A DNA stretch of 64,000 nucleotides from an uncultured Poribacteria bacterium (lineage in GTDB: Bacteria > Poribacteria > WGA-4E > WGA-3G), in assembly GCA_951828385.1 (NCBI GenBank), contig OX639973.1, positions 2,407,200-2,471,199 of the forward strand. Reading direction: 5' to 3'. Made by a program: the position numbers and the translations under genes. Under the pieces are notes generated by a model. That model was not told the DNA's origin and ran no database searches. It saw only the letters and a list, made by a program, of their open reading frames with translations. This document shows, in pieces, positions 39,331 to 48,481 of the stretch (within the stretch, counting starts at the first letter, position 1; each line of letters begins with the position of its first letter).

Positions 39331-40296
39331 ATGGCTCGGAAGATGCGTCTCGGTTTAGGTCAATTCAGTGAACTCAGTGAAGAACGGTTGAAGTTTATCA
39401 AACAACTCGGTGTTGAAGATGTCTTGCTCAACACGGCACAACTTCCCGGCACAGCGCGGTGGGAATTTGAGGACATCTTGCAACTTCGGAAAGAGGTAGA
39501 ATCGGTTGGACTGCGGTTAGCAGCACTTGAGAACGTGCCTGTCTCGTTTTATGACAAAGCCATGCTCGGCCTGCCCGGTCGCGATGAACAGATTGAGAAT
39601 ATGGCGACGACCATTCGCAATATCGGTAAAGCCGGCGTTGAGATTTTCGGATACCACTGGATGCCGAGTGGGGTCTGGCGAACTTCTCGAACCACACCCG
39701 GTAGAGGCGGTGCAGAAGTTACGAGTTTTGATATGGAAGAAGTTAAAGACGCACCCCTATCGCACGGACGTGTTTTCACTGAAGCCGAAATGTGGAAGAA
39801 TTACGAGTATTACATGAACGCGATCCTACCTGTCGCAGAAGAAGCAGGCGTTAAACTCGCGCTCCACCCGGATGATCCGCCTGTTGAATCTCTTGCAGGC
39901 GTACCGCGTCTGTTCCGCAATTTTGAAGGTTTTAAGCGCGGGATGGAGATCGCCGACAGTCCGATACACGGACTTGATTTCTGCGTCGGTTCCTGGTCGG
40001 AGATGGGACCGGGTGTCACGGATGCGATCCGCTACTTCGGGGAGCGCGACAAGATTTTCTATGTCCATTTCCGTGATGTGGAAGGACACGTCCCAAAATT
40101 TGCTGAATCTTTTGTTGACACCGGCAATTGCGATATGTTTGATGTCATGCGCACGCTGAAAGAGGTCGGCTTTACAGGCTTCATGATTACCGACCATGTG
40201 CCTCACATCGTAGATGATACAGGTTGGGGGCATCGGGGCCGCGCGTATGCGATCGGATACATGACAGCGTTCCTCGAAATCTTGACAGCAACGTAG
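39331..40296 (+). CDS. uxuA: Mannonate dehydratase-like (xylose isomerase-like TIM barrel)
   Basis: KLALHPDDPP motif and YVHFRDV, as in UxuA. The overlapping minus-strand ORF 39826..40707 is rejected. Confidence 0.55.
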   Translation: MARKMRLGLGQFSELSEERLKFIKQLGVEDVLLNTAQLPGTARWEFEDILQLRKEVESVGLRLAALENVPVSFYDKAMLGLPGRDEQIENMATTIRNIGKAGVEIFGYHWMPSGVWRTSRTTPGRGGAEVTSFDMEEVKDAPLSHGRVFTEAEMWKNYEYYMNAILPVAEEAGVKLALHPDDPPVESLAGVPRLFRNFEGFKRGMEIADSPIHGLDFCVGSWSEMGPGVTDAIRYFGERDKIFYVHFRDVEGHVPKFAESFVDTGNCDMFDVMRTLKEVGFTGFMITDHVPHIVDDTGWGHRGRAYAIGYMTAFLEILTAT

Positions 40297-40428
40297 ACTT
40301 GGATAGGTAAGCATCTGATAGCCATAGATCAGTGCAAGCTCACGACTGTCAATCACCTCATTTGGAAATATCAGTTTGGTGTTGTCACCAAACGTAAGTA
40401 CGTAACGTCTCACTATCACTGTCTTTTC

Positions 40429-40839
40429 TTGTGCAAAAACGATAAGAAACGAAAGTTTTACCCGTATCGTCGATTTGATAAGGATGCAAAGACTGAAAGC
40501 GGAGGGTCGGCACACTACAAAGACAAAGAGGATGTCTGGGAAATTAAGAGAGAATATTGGCAAGGCGCAATCAAAACGCCGACGAAATTGCCTGCTGAAC
40601 TCATTGATAAAATCCTTGATTATTCCAGTGAAAAAGGCGATGTCGTTTTGGACCCATTTTTGGGTTCTGGGCAAGTTGCTGTCGTCAGTAAAATGAAGGG
40701 ACGGCATTACATAGGCTTTGAGATTGTGCCAGCGTACTATGAATTCGCACTTGATCGGCTTAAGTCGGGGAAATACTTAATTAAAACAAATAGACACAAC
40801 GAGGTGACCTCATGTTTAACAGACCCCAACCATCGGTGA
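40429..40839 (+). pseudogene. C-terminal fragment of an N4/N6 DNA methyltransferase (motif I only)
   Basis: TPTKLPAELIDKIL...GDVVLDPFLGSGQV...IGFEI..YYEFALDRL matches the hPTqKP...VLDPFxGSG...GIE C-terminal half. The DPPY half is absent. The stop lies in a duplicated gene fragment. Confidence 0.55.
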
Positions 40840-40885
40840 ATATCTGCTCAGAAAATTAGAGAACTACGACATTGGACATGACTCG
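40789..40885 (+). other. Duplicated and decayed copy of the 5' end of the ThDP-decarboxylase gene (41753-41850)
   Basis: acacaacgaggtgacctcatgtttaacagacccc(c)aaccatcgg is identical apart from a 1-nt indel, then about 75% identity for roughly 50 bp. Confidence 0.7.
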
Positions 40886-40908
40886 AACTGGAATGCCGTT
40901 TAAATTTT

Positions 40909-41712
40909 ATGAAGGTGAACAAAATGATTCAAGTTGTTCCCCTAAGATACGACACTGTTTTTAAGAAAGCGTTCAGCCAACCGGAGATTTTCTGCCAATT
41001 TGCTGAAGATGTCTTAGGTATCAAATTCCATACCGATGAGGTACATCGCGGCTACAAATTCCTTGAACCCATTGGACAGGTTGATATTGAATACGATCTG
41101 TTTGCTGAGGATCCGGAATCTCGTATTGTGGTTGAGATACAACACGTCAAAGAAGGCCACTTCTACGATCGTTTCCTATATTATCATCTCATCAACCTCG
41201 TCGAACAAGTGAAAAACAGCAAGGCGTATCAGTTCGATCAGACGGTTTACACAATTGTTGTCCTCACAAGTCCTTACAGCGAGAACGAAATAGACTTTAG
41301 TGTTGCCATCACGGATTTCAATCCCGTCAACGAATTTAACCGCAAAGTCAATGTCTATCCGCATCAACTCGTGTTTGTGGTCCCGCGTATGGTCAACGAT
41401 AAGACTCCGTCTGGCATCAAAGCATGGTTGGAACTCGTGTTGGATTCCCTGGATGGTGAGATAGACGAGAGCCGCTATCGTTCACCAATTTTCGAGAGGG
41501 TGATTGATGCGGTTAAACTCGATAACATCTCGCCGGCGGAGCGCAGAGTCCTCAAAGATGAAGAGTCTTGGGAAGATACCCTCATAGATGTGAGACAGAA
41601 GGAAAAGGAAGATATTGCACGCGCACTGATTCGCGAAGGCATAAGCACCGAAGTTATTACACGAACAACGGGCCTCACAGAAGCAGAAATCGAAAAACTG
41701 AGGCAATCATAA
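40909..41712 (+). CDS. Rpn-family PD-(D/E)XK recombination-promoting nuclease / putative transposase (Transposase_31-like)
   Basis: N-terminal YDTVFKKAF, then D..F.(n)VVEIQ and other family-typical blocks. Length 267 aa. Confidence 0.55.
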   Translation: MKVNKMIQVVPLRYDTVFKKAFSQPEIFCQFAEDVLGIKFHTDEVHRGYKFLEPIGQVDIEYDLFAEDPESRIVVEIQHVKEGHFYDRFLYYHLINLVEQVKNSKAYQFDQTVYTIVVLTSPYSENEIDFSVAITDFNPVNEFNRKVNVYPHQLVFVVPRMVNDKTPSGIKAWLELVLDSLDGEIDESRYRSPIFERVIDAVKLDNISPAERRVLKDEESWEDTLIDVRQKEKEDIARALIREGISTEVITRTTGLTEAEIEKLRQS

Positions 41713-41785
41713 ACGCCGAGGCGTGTTAATAACGGTGCAATACCATGAAATGCTAAAAAACAGATATACACAACGAGGTGACCTC

Positions 41786-43426
41786 ATGTTTAACAGACCC
41801 CCAACCATCGGCGAATACTTAATCAGAAAACTCGAAAGTTACGATATTGAACACATCTTCGGTATCCCCGGCGACTATGTGCTGCGGTTCTACGACCTCA
41901 TAGAGAAAAGTTCAATTCGGCATATCGGTATGACCCGTGAGGACGCAGCAGGATATGCCGCTGATGCTTATGCACGCACAAAAGGCATGGGCGCAGTCTG
42001 TGTCACCTATTGTGTCGGTGGATTATCAGTAGTGAATGCTGTTGCGGGTGCTTACGCTGAGAAATCACCTGTCGTCGTCATTAGCGGTGCACCGGGAATC
42101 AGAGAACGCGGGAAAGATGCGCTCCTACACCATAAAGTCAGGGATTTCCATACACAACAACATATCTATGACGAGATTACCGTCGCGACTGCACTGCTGG
42201 ATGAACCGTTTACGGCTTTCAACGAAATCGATCGAGTGCTTGATGCGGTGTATCGCTATAAACGTCCCGGCTACTTAGAACTCCCGCGCGATATGGTGGA
42301 TGTCCGCGGCACGCTCTACCAACGTCCCTCAACGGGTGGACACCTTAGTGATCCGGACACATTAGGTGCCGCTGTTGCGGATGCCATTGATTTCATTAAT
42401 CAGAGTAAAAAACCGGTGGTGCTCGCAGGTGTAGAGGTACACAGATTTGGCTATCAAAACAAATTGATCCGCTTTGTAGAAGAGAAACGTATTCCTGTGG
42501 TAGCAACGCTCCTCGGAAAATCGGTGATGCCGGAATCACATCCGCTTTACTTGGGTATCTATGAAGGTGCGATGGGGCGGGAAGAAGTTAGACAATTTGT
42601 TGAAGATTCGGATTGTGTTATCATCCTCGGTGCTTTCATGACAGACGTGAATCTTGGGATTTACACTGCAAACCTGGACCGGGCGCGCTCGATCTATGCC
42701 ACGTCGGAAAAAATCACAGTTCGCTATCATTCCTACGAAGAGGTGATGTTTGATGATTTTATTGACGGCATCAATTCGCCGAAACTCCGAAAGCGGCGGA
42801 AACCGAATTTGGAATGGGCACACCGAGATGCCAAGCCGTTTGTCGTCGAGTCTGACGCACCTTTAACGGTTCGTCGGTTGTTCCGACACCTCAACGAATT
42901 TATCAGCGATGGGATGGTAGTTATTGCGGATGTCGGCGATAGCCTCTTCGGTGCTGTGGAATTGCGAATGTCTCAAAACACCGATTTTATCAGTCCTGCC
43001 TACTATACCTCAATGGGGTTTGCGGTACCGGCATCGATTGGTGCACAACTCAGCATGCCAAATACACGTCCGCTTGTTATCGTCGGCGATGGTGCTTTCC
43101 AGATGACTGGCACCGAACTCTCAACAACCGTGCGCTACGGGCTTAATCCGATTATCCTGCTTTTGAACAACCACGGATATGGTACGGAACGGCATCTTCT
43201 TGAAGGTCCGTTTAACGATATCGGGTGTTGGAACTATAGCAGCATACCCGCACTCTTTACCACAGGTCGCGGCATCCATGTCCGAACGGAAGGTGAGTTT
43301 GAAGCCGCCATCAAAACTGCACTCGCTGAGACACAACACTTCACACTGATTGAGGCGGAGCTCGAAAAGTTGGATACGTCGCCTGCACTTGCCCGGTTAG
43401 CGGAACGGATGTCCGGCACAGTTTGA
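41786..43426 (+). CDS. Thiamine-diphosphate-dependent 2-keto acid decarboxylase (indolepyruvate/phenylpyruvate decarboxylase family)
   Basis: N-terminal TIGEYLIRKLESYDIEHIFGIPGDY and the ThDP-binding GDG...NN motif (IVGDGAFQMTGTELSTTVRYGLNPIILLLNNHGYGTE). Confidence 0.7.
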   Translation: MFNRPPTIGEYLIRKLESYDIEHIFGIPGDYVLRFYDLIEKSSIRHIGMTREDAAGYAADAYARTKGMGAVCVTYCVGGLSVVNAVAGAYAEKSPVVVISGAPGIRERGKDALLHHKVRDFHTQQHIYDEITVATALLDEPFTAFNEIDRVLDAVYRYKRPGYLELPRDMVDVRGTLYQRPSTGGHLSDPDTLGAAVADAIDFINQSKKPVVLAGVEVHRFGYQNKLIRFVEEKRIPVVATLLGKSVMPESHPLYLGIYEGAMGREEVRQFVEDSDCVIILGAFMTDVNLGIYTANLDRARSIYATSEKITVRYHSYEEVMFDDFIDGINSPKLRKRRKPNLEWAHRDAKPFVVESDAPLTVRRLFRHLNEFISDGMVVIADVGDSLFGAVELRMSQNTDFISPAYYTSMGFAVPASIGAQLSMPNTRPLVIVGDGAFQMTGTELSTTVRYGLNPIILLLNNHGYGTERHLLEGPFNDIGCWNYSSIPALFTTGRGIHVRTEGEFEAAIKTALAETQHFTLIEAELEKLDTSPALARLAERMSGTV

Positions 43427-43504
43427 AATTAATAGTAGTAGGCACGCGCCATGTGCCGTAACAGAGGCGTAGGCACGCGCCGTGTCCGTGTGCCGTATAC
43501 ACCT

Positions 43505-44308
43505 CTACAGCGCAGCGATTTTCTCACGTAAGAAGTTCGTACAAAAAGGCACTTGCGCTTCCGACAGTCCGTGCAGCACGACTGCGCCATCATAGCCGTT
43601 CTCTTTTAGCAAACCGAGATATTGATCGTAGTCCAGCAACCCCGTCCCCGCGGCGAGGTGTCCCGCCTGACCGTCCGTGTCCAAATCTTTGGCGTGTGCA
43701 AGCGCGATGTCGCCGCCGAGTAGCGCGAACGCCTCATCAAGGATTTCACGCATCTTTGGCAGCTCACCTTTGTGGAAGATATTCGCCCCGTCCATACACA
43801 CCTTCAGGTAAGGGGATTGCATCTCGTCCAGCAAACGACGTGCTTTCTCGGCAGAATCAATCACGTTTGCCACTTCAGGTTCAAGCGCAAGCGTTACGTC
43901 GTACTCCTCAGCTACTGCTAACGCCTGTTTCATAGATTCGACGAGGTCGCGCCATGCTTCTGGTGTGTTGTTATCAGGATGCGCGCGCCACATGCTCTGC
44001 GGGTCACGAGAGCCGGTGCAGAGCGTAATAACCGATGTGCCGAGTGGCGCGCATTTCTCTGCGACAGCACGCAACATCCGCAGCCCGGCGTGGCGTTTCT
44101 CAACATCTGGATCAATCATGTTATAAGTGCCTGAGAGTGCGGAGATCGTAATCTGTCGAGCGTCCATCTCTTCGCGGATCTCGGCAACCGACGGTCCCGA
44201 TGCCGGCACATGATATTGTAGATGATGGACACCGTGTTCTACAACGGCATCAAGATTCTCGGCGAGTGTTTCTCGGCGAATCGTTCCTTCCATGAGTCCA
44301 ACGTGCAT
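43505..44308 (-). CDS. Sugar phosphate isomerase/epimerase (xylose isomerase-like TIM barrel)
   Basis: AP-endonuclease-2/TIM-barrel pattern (…HLQYHV…, LEPE, HAKD…). Confidence 0.55.
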   Translation of the reverse strand: MHVGLMEGTIRRETLAENLDAVVEHGVHHLQYHVPASGPSVAEIREEMDARQITISALSGTYNMIDPDVEKRHAGLRMLRAVAEKCAPLGTSVITLCTGSRDPQSMWRAHPDNNTPEAWRDLVESMKQALAVAEEYDVTLALEPEVANVIDSAEKARRLLDEMQSPYLKVCMDGANIFHKGELPKMREILDEAFALLGGDIALAHAKDLDTDGQAGHLAAGTGLLDYDQYLGLLKENGYDGAVVLHGLSEAQVPFCTNFLREKIAAL

Positions 44309-44403
44309 TATATTCTCCTATAATCCCGCGATTTTTCACCCGAAGTCAACAGAACAATACTATAGGTTTTGTCCATTCGTAAACATACACAAGATTTAAA
44401 TCA

Positions 44404-44527
44404 ATAGGACTTACGCAGCGTGCTCTTTTGTAGCATAGGCTGTTAGCCTGTGCCCTGAGAACGTCTCGGTCTCTTCAGAGTTTACTCGCTAACGGAGCGT
44501 CATATCGTCAAAAATGCGTAAGTCCTA
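44404..44527. mobile_element. MITE-like element, 124 bp, with terminal inverted repeats TAGGACTTACGCA
   Basis: ataggacttacgca at 44404 and tgcgtaagtccta at 44514. A second, 124-bp, roughly 70%-similar copy lies in inverted orientation at 61610-61733. Confidence 0.7.
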
Positions 44528-44669
44528 ATTAAGTTTCAATCTCGCACTCGAGATTCATTTCATTTCAACCGTTCAATCAACGCTTTCAGTTCATCAGGCG
44601 TTCCAGTAAAACTGGGGAAACTTATATCGGGGACGCTCACACCACAGATGACTTTCAGAGCGTCACCGT

Positions 44670-45881
44670 TTATTTAGGTAGGTTTACCGGAATCGGGTGC
44701 CATGCCCCACCTGTTACGGCTGCGAGGTATTTATGCTTAGGTTCATCAATACCCAGCACATTGGCATACACTTTATTTTTTCGACAGAGATTGATTGCAT
44801 CATCTACAGTAAACCCGTGTAGACTCGTGAACGGTTCATCTGTAACGAGGATAAGGTGTTTGATAGCATTGCTGCGGAACCGCAGCTTCATCACAGTTTC
44901 ATTGACGGCATCTAATGCGTGTTCATCACCACCCAATTGAATCCCATAGAGTGCGGCTTTGTACTTTGATAAATCCTGCGTCAGCTGGAAGACATGGATA
45001 CGATTCTGATTCTTTTCATTTATTGAGAAATGCGTCAGACCGAGTTGATAGTCAATCTCCGATGCTTTGTAGGCATCAACCATCTCTCCAAGATGTTCTG
45101 CGACGGCGTTGATATTATCGCCCATACTCCCAGAGGCATCTACGACGAAAACGACATCCACGGGGGCTCCGTCACCTTCGCCACTGCTGTCAATAATATC
45201 TTCTGTCAGTTCCTTGATGATGCTTGAAAAAGTAGACTGCTCTGCACCGGTTCCAAAGATTCCCTGCCCCTGCCCCGCACCAATCTCAGCGACACCATCG
45301 CCGATATCCTGTCCTGCGCCTGTCTCTTTCGTCCATTTCCTGGTCCCCGCACCGGCACCTTTGCGAGGATTTTTGATGCGCGGTCCCTGGCGTCCTATAT
45401 AACGGTTTTCAACATCAGCAGCCGCCGTTGATTGCCTTACAGACACTACAGAATCCGGTGCCGTCGGTAAATCGGCATCTGTGGATAATGCAATCGGGAC
45501 ATCCACATCTATTTTTGCCGCCGGGGGCTGTTGAATATCAACCGCTGTAGGTGCTCTGGGGAGCATTCTCGCAATCGCCAATGATGCTTCAGGCTTCATG
45601 ATATCCACCGGCTTTTCTACAGGTAGTTTCTTTTGTATCGGCACCTCTACCTTTTTGATGGGCGTTTGGATCTCTATGACTTTCTGCTTGACGATCTCCT
45701 GCGGCGGTAACGCTTCAATCAACTCTACATGGATTTTATCTTCTACTTCCTGCGTTTTAGGTTTGAGAAAAAAGATAGAAAACCCGATCATCATGATGAT
45801 ATGGACGATCGCAGAAATTCGCAACGCATAGGTACGATATTGTTGACGAAACGCTTTTTGAAGCACTCTACTATTCATCAT
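44670..45881 (-). CDS. von Willebrand factor A domain membrane protein
   Basis: N-terminal TM helix, a Pro-rich linker, and a vWA MIDAS-like DVVFVVDASGSMG. Confidence 0.6.
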   Translation of the reverse strand: MMNSRVLQKAFRQQYRTYALRISAIVHIIMMIGFSIFFLKPKTQEVEDKIHVELIEALPPQEIVKQKVIEIQTPIKKVEVPIQKKLPVEKPVDIMKPEASLAIARMLPRAPTAVDIQQPPAAKIDVDVPIALSTDADLPTAPDSVVSVRQSTAAADVENRYIGRQGPRIKNPRKGAGAGTRKWTKETGAGQDIGDGVAEIGAGQGQGIFGTGAEQSTFSSIIKELTEDIIDSSGEGDGAPVDVVFVVDASGSMGDNINAVAEHLGEMVDAYKASEIDYQLGLTHFSINEKNQNRIHVFQLTQDLSKYKAALYGIQLGGDEHALDAVNETVMKLRFRSNAIKHLILVTDEPFTSLHGFTVDDAINLCRKNKVYANVLGIDEPKHKYLAAVTGGAWHPIPVNLPK

Positions 45882-45893
45882 AGAAACGCTCCC

Positions 45894-47039
45894 TTATCTT
45901 TGTGCCTTGATAGATAAATGAACCGCTGCTGTAACCAGCGGTTTTGCTGCTTGTTTGAACACCTGTATTTCCAGCGGAACTTTTCGCGTAAGCACCTTTT
46001 TATTGGCACTTATGGGAATACGCAGCGTTTGAAAGCCTTTTTCGGGAATGTTCAGCGTTCGATCAGGGTTCTGATAATTCAATCCACCTATGCTCTTGGG
46101 CAGTAAACGGACTTTCAGACCTTTCGCTGTCCCACCCTGATTAGAAATCGTCACCTTCAGACGCACATTCTCTCCTGCATCGATGTAGCCGTTATTGTTC
46201 GCCGGATCTTCTAATGTCGTGTCAATTTGTAGCGCAGGCGGTCGCGTCTGTGGCAAAATCCCCGCAAAAACACCAGATTTGTAAGCCCAGAAAACAGACA
46301 CGATCAGAAGCGCGAACGGCAAGAGGTAACGTATCAGCTGCTTTCGCAGACGCTTCTGTTTCTCTTGGCTCTCGATAAAAGTGATCGCTTTTTTCAAATC
46401 CTGGGCAGGTTCGTATTCTGGCCTGATACGCAACACCTTCTCCGCTTGACTTCTGGCATCATTGAAGGCAAGCGTTTCCATGTAGGTCCGTGCCAGGTTG
46501 TAATGGGCAACAGCATGGTTCGGTGACGCTTTTATGACCTTCTTGAACGCAGCTTCGGCTTGCAGATATTGTTTGTTCGCCAAAAATACGATACCCCGCT
46601 CGAGTTCTTTGTCAATATCCGCCGCAGTCGCGGCATCCACTTTCAGCGGTGCTGCTGCTTTATTCTGGGGCATCGGGACAGGCACCACAGCAGATGTCAC
46701 AGTCTTTTCTTGTCCAGTCTGCGGTGCGTTGACATCCGGAGGCTCCGTCGGCGCGACAGAGACCTGCGGTGTGGACGTACCCGGAACCATCGCTTGTAGT
46801 AAGGAAAGGGTCGGCGGGTGAGTTGCATCAATCTTAAGGGCTTCTAAAGCAGCGTCTTTGGCATCTTGCAACCGATGTTCTCCAAAGTAAGCAAGCGCAA
46901 GCGCGTGGTAACCGTCAATAAAAGCAGCGTCCAATTCCACCGACTGCTTAAAATGCGTTATTGCTTCGGTATACCCCTCGGCATTTAGATAGGCGATGCC
47001 GAGTGAGTAGTGCCCATCTCTAATCTCGTTCATCTGCAA
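45894..47039 (-). CDS. TPR-repeat membrane protein (Bat-like partner of the vWA gene)
   Basis: Multiple TPR-like A..Y.LG/A.Y motifs and a central TM helix. It is 12 nt upstream of the vWA gene on the same strand. Confidence 0.5.
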   Translation of the reverse strand: MQMNEIRDGHYSLGIAYLNAEGYTEAITHFKQSVELDAAFIDGYHALALAYFGEHRLQDAKDAALEALKIDATHPPTLSLLQAMVPGTSTPQVSVAPTEPPDVNAPQTGQEKTVTSAVVPVPMPQNKAAAPLKVDAATAADIDKELERGIVFLANKQYLQAEAAFKKVIKASPNHAVAHYNLARTYMETLAFNDARSQAEKVLRIRPEYEPAQDLKKAITFIESQEKQKRLRKQLIRYLLPFALLIVSVFWAYKSGVFAGILPQTRPPALQIDTTLEDPANNNGYIDAGENVRLKVTISNQGGTAKGLKVRLLPKSIGGLNYQNPDRTLNIPEKGFQTLRIPISANKKVLTRKVPLEIQVFKQAAKPLVTAAVHLSIKAQR

Positions 47040-47378
47040 ATAACTCTCTTAATTGTCTTCTCTGATTTTTGGCTCTCACTGCCTCTGCTTTCCCCAAGCA
47101 AGCGGACGAATAGGACACCTGCAAGGAAGCAGGTGCTTGCTTTCCTATCCAGCAGATAAGACTATGATACCCCACCAGAAAAATAAAAGCAATGCCTTTT
47201 TTTCAAACTGTCGGGGCATCGGCGAGAACACTTTCATTTTACGCACAATGCGAACATTCTACAAAAAACGATTGCCTGAGAACCGTAAGGCTAATATAAT
47301 ACAAATAACTTCCAAACAAAACTTGCCCTTAGGGGGTACCCTTTAAACTGGGGGACCAAATATAGAGGAGATGTAGAA

Positions 47379-48083
47379 ATGAAAGTATATAAAGGGATAA
47401 GGCGATTCAAACACATCGTGTTCTGCGTTCCAGTGCTTCTCGCTTTCGGGTGCGGAATCGGGAATTTAGAAAACGCGCTCTCGGAGAAAGGGGATTACCA
47501 CTTTCGCAAAACGCGGTGGGGATACTCAAAAGCAATGGTGGAACTAAGCGAACAGAAACAAGGGACCCGTTTATTCCACCGAAAAGAAAATACACTTATC
47601 TACAATGAACGCATTTCGGATATGCCTGTCAAGCTCGTTTACTGCTTTGAAAAGGACAGACTCCGAGTCGCAGGCTATCTCACAGATAGACCCGTCAAAA
47701 ATGCTATGGAGATTTTCGAGCATGTTGCTAAAACGTTGGGAGAACCAATAGATATGATCGCTGGGGGCATGGTTTGGGCGGATTACCATACGCTTGTGTA
47801 TATCAACGGCTATGTATCTCATGTGACGCAAAGCCCGTCGAGGTATCAGCGTTCGCAGGGACTTCTTAAAATTCTCGATAAAACCCCCAAAGAGGAAGCA
47901 GGCAAGGTTTTACGATGGGATGGGATCTGGACATACGTCGATCAAAATTTTTTTAGACAGCTCCACGAGGTAGACTACCCTATGGATGAACTCTCAACTT
48001 ACGAAAAGCGGTTGTTTGCTATCCTGAGAAGACAACAGATGCGAACCTATATCACCCCACAAGGGCGAATCACTCTTCCATAG
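47379..48083 (+). CDS. Hypothetical lipoprotein
   Basis: Lipobox-like VLLAFGC. Confidence 0.4.
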   Translation: MKVYKGIRRFKHIVFCVPVLLAFGCGIGNLENALSEKGDYHFRKTRWGYSKAMVELSEQKQGTRLFHRKENTLIYNERISDMPVKLVYCFEKDRLRVAGYLTDRPVKNAMEIFEHVAKTLGEPIDMIAGGMVWADYHTLVYINGYVSHVTQSPSRYQRSQGLLKILDKTPKEEAGKVLRWDGIWTYVDQNFFRQLHEVDYPMDELSTYEKRLFAILRRQQMRTYITPQGRITLP

Positions 48084-48165
48084 GTCCATAGGACTGACGC
48101 AGGATCATTTAGTTTTAGATGAATTATCGGATTGTCTCAATTTTTGAATTTTCTTTTTCAGTCCC

Positions 48166-48392
48166 GGTGCGGTTCCAAACCGCCAATGCGTTGGGTTTCT
48201 CTCGGTTTTTTGTTTCATATCCGATCTATGGAGAAAGTTAGGTTTGTGTTGCTTTTCAGAGTTTTGGGGTATCCGTTCAACCCAACCTACGGGATGATAA
48301 GGTTTTTTCTTAAATTGACACCTATGGTGCGGTTCCAAACCGCGCCTACCGGGCCTGGGGGGTCCAAAATTGGGTGAAAAAACCGAGAACTA
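48166..48392. other. Structured intergenic element with two copies of the hairpin ggtgcGGTTccaaAACCgc about 160 bp apart and long-range complementarity tctcggtttttt/aaaaaaccgaga. Candidate small RNA or REP-like repeat.
   Basis: Seen at 48166-48184, 48326-48346, 48196-48209 and 48379-48391. Confidence 0.35.
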
Positions 48393-48481
48393 AATAGCCC
48401 TGAGATCGAAAGGTACTGCACTTGACCTTTTAATCTGTTTATGATAGCATATTTTCATCCAACAACGCGGAGGTTTCGTTT

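Noticed and set aside
39826-40707. 293-aa minus-strand ORF
   Set aside because: It overlaps the uxuA-like gene (clear HPDDPP motif) and the MTase fragment on the opposite strand. It has no recognisable features, so it is probably a shadow ORF.
40789-40885. Interpreting the duplicated ThDP-gene start as a simple target-site duplication
   Set aside because: It is about 100 bp long and the second half has diverged to about 75% identity. That is too long and too decayed for a TSD, and more consistent with an older segmental duplication or recombination scar.
48105-48377. Two overlapping small ORFs (48105..48338 -, 48132..48377 +)
   Set aside because: They lie within the duplicated-hairpin element, so they are more likely structural DNA/RNA than coding.
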